Part shown: positions 63,568 through 64,000 of the stretch, piece after piece
Layout: each line of letters starts with the position of its first letter
Position numbering within the stretch: the stretch's first letter is position 1
Origin: Mobula hypostoma
Lineage: Eukaryota
Direction: 5' to 3'
NCBI RefSeq assembly: GCF_963921235.1
Contig: NC_086108.1
Coordinates: 80,912,001-80,976,000 of the forward strand
Length of the DNA stretch: 64,000 nt
The notes under the pieces: generated by a model
The model's database searches: none
What the model was told of the DNA's origin: nothing
The model's input: only the letters and a program-made list of their open reading frames with translations
Translations under genes and position numbers: made by a program

Positions 63568-64000
63568 ACAGAATTTTCTCTATTTCTGCATAAATAACCT
63601 AAAATGTGATCAGATCTTCATGCAAGTTCTAAACTAGACAAAGGGAACTCAATTAAATAACACAAAAAAAATTATACTCGTTCATATATTTATCGAGAAA
63701 AATGATCCAATATTACATGTATTTGTTGGAAAAATTAAGTGAACCTCTGGGGTAATTGGAGTCAAAGCTATTTTGAACCAGGTGTTCCAACCAATAAGAT
63801 GAGATTGGAGATGTGGGTTGAGGAGATGCCCTGTCCTATAAAAAAAACCACACAAAAATCAGGTTACTGACAAAGCCTGCTCTTCTCAAGAAAGATCTGG
63901 TTATGTGCACTGTGCCTCAATCAAAACAACTTTCAGAGGACCTTAGAAGAATTGTAGAGATGCGTGAAGCTGGAAAAGACTACAAAAACTTTCAAAGACC
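63568..64000 (+). mobile_element. Tc1/mariner transposon 5' part (continues past the window)
   Basis: From 63913 the translation PQSKQLSEDLRRIVEMREAGKDYK matches the Tc1 transposase N-terminal HTH. Confidence 0.75.

Overview
Repeat-dense vertebrate genomic DNA. The mix of CR1, Rex1, Penelope-like, Tx1, Gypsy, hAT, Harbinger and Tc1 elements suggests a cartilaginous fish such as a ray (inference). The only intact protein-coding gene I can support is RPS8: minus strand, 6 exons at 45860-39753, 208 aa, with a 5'TOP start and intronic SNORD55 and SNORD46. About 10 kb downstream, in the same orientation (about 30082-27790), is a second transcription unit that the ORF track misses. It has a TATA box, a TOP start, short spliced non-coding exons and a poly(A) signal. 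Its introns carry SNORD55, a decayed SNORD46 and two intact SNORD38, the same order as in mammalian RPS8. It looks like a tandem RPS8 duplicate that became a non-coding snoRNA host, with the snoRNAs divided between the two copies. Also present: a young SCAN-bearing Gypsy deletion derivative; a NONO/PSPC1-like processed retrocopy nested in CR1 inside a Harbinger element; a degraded endogenous retrovirus with a perfect tRNA-Gln PBS; a Tx1 LINE inserted in a MITE; and many Penelope-type hammerhead ribozyme motifs. Family and snoRNA names come from recalled motifs, not database searches, and boundaries of old repeats are approximate.
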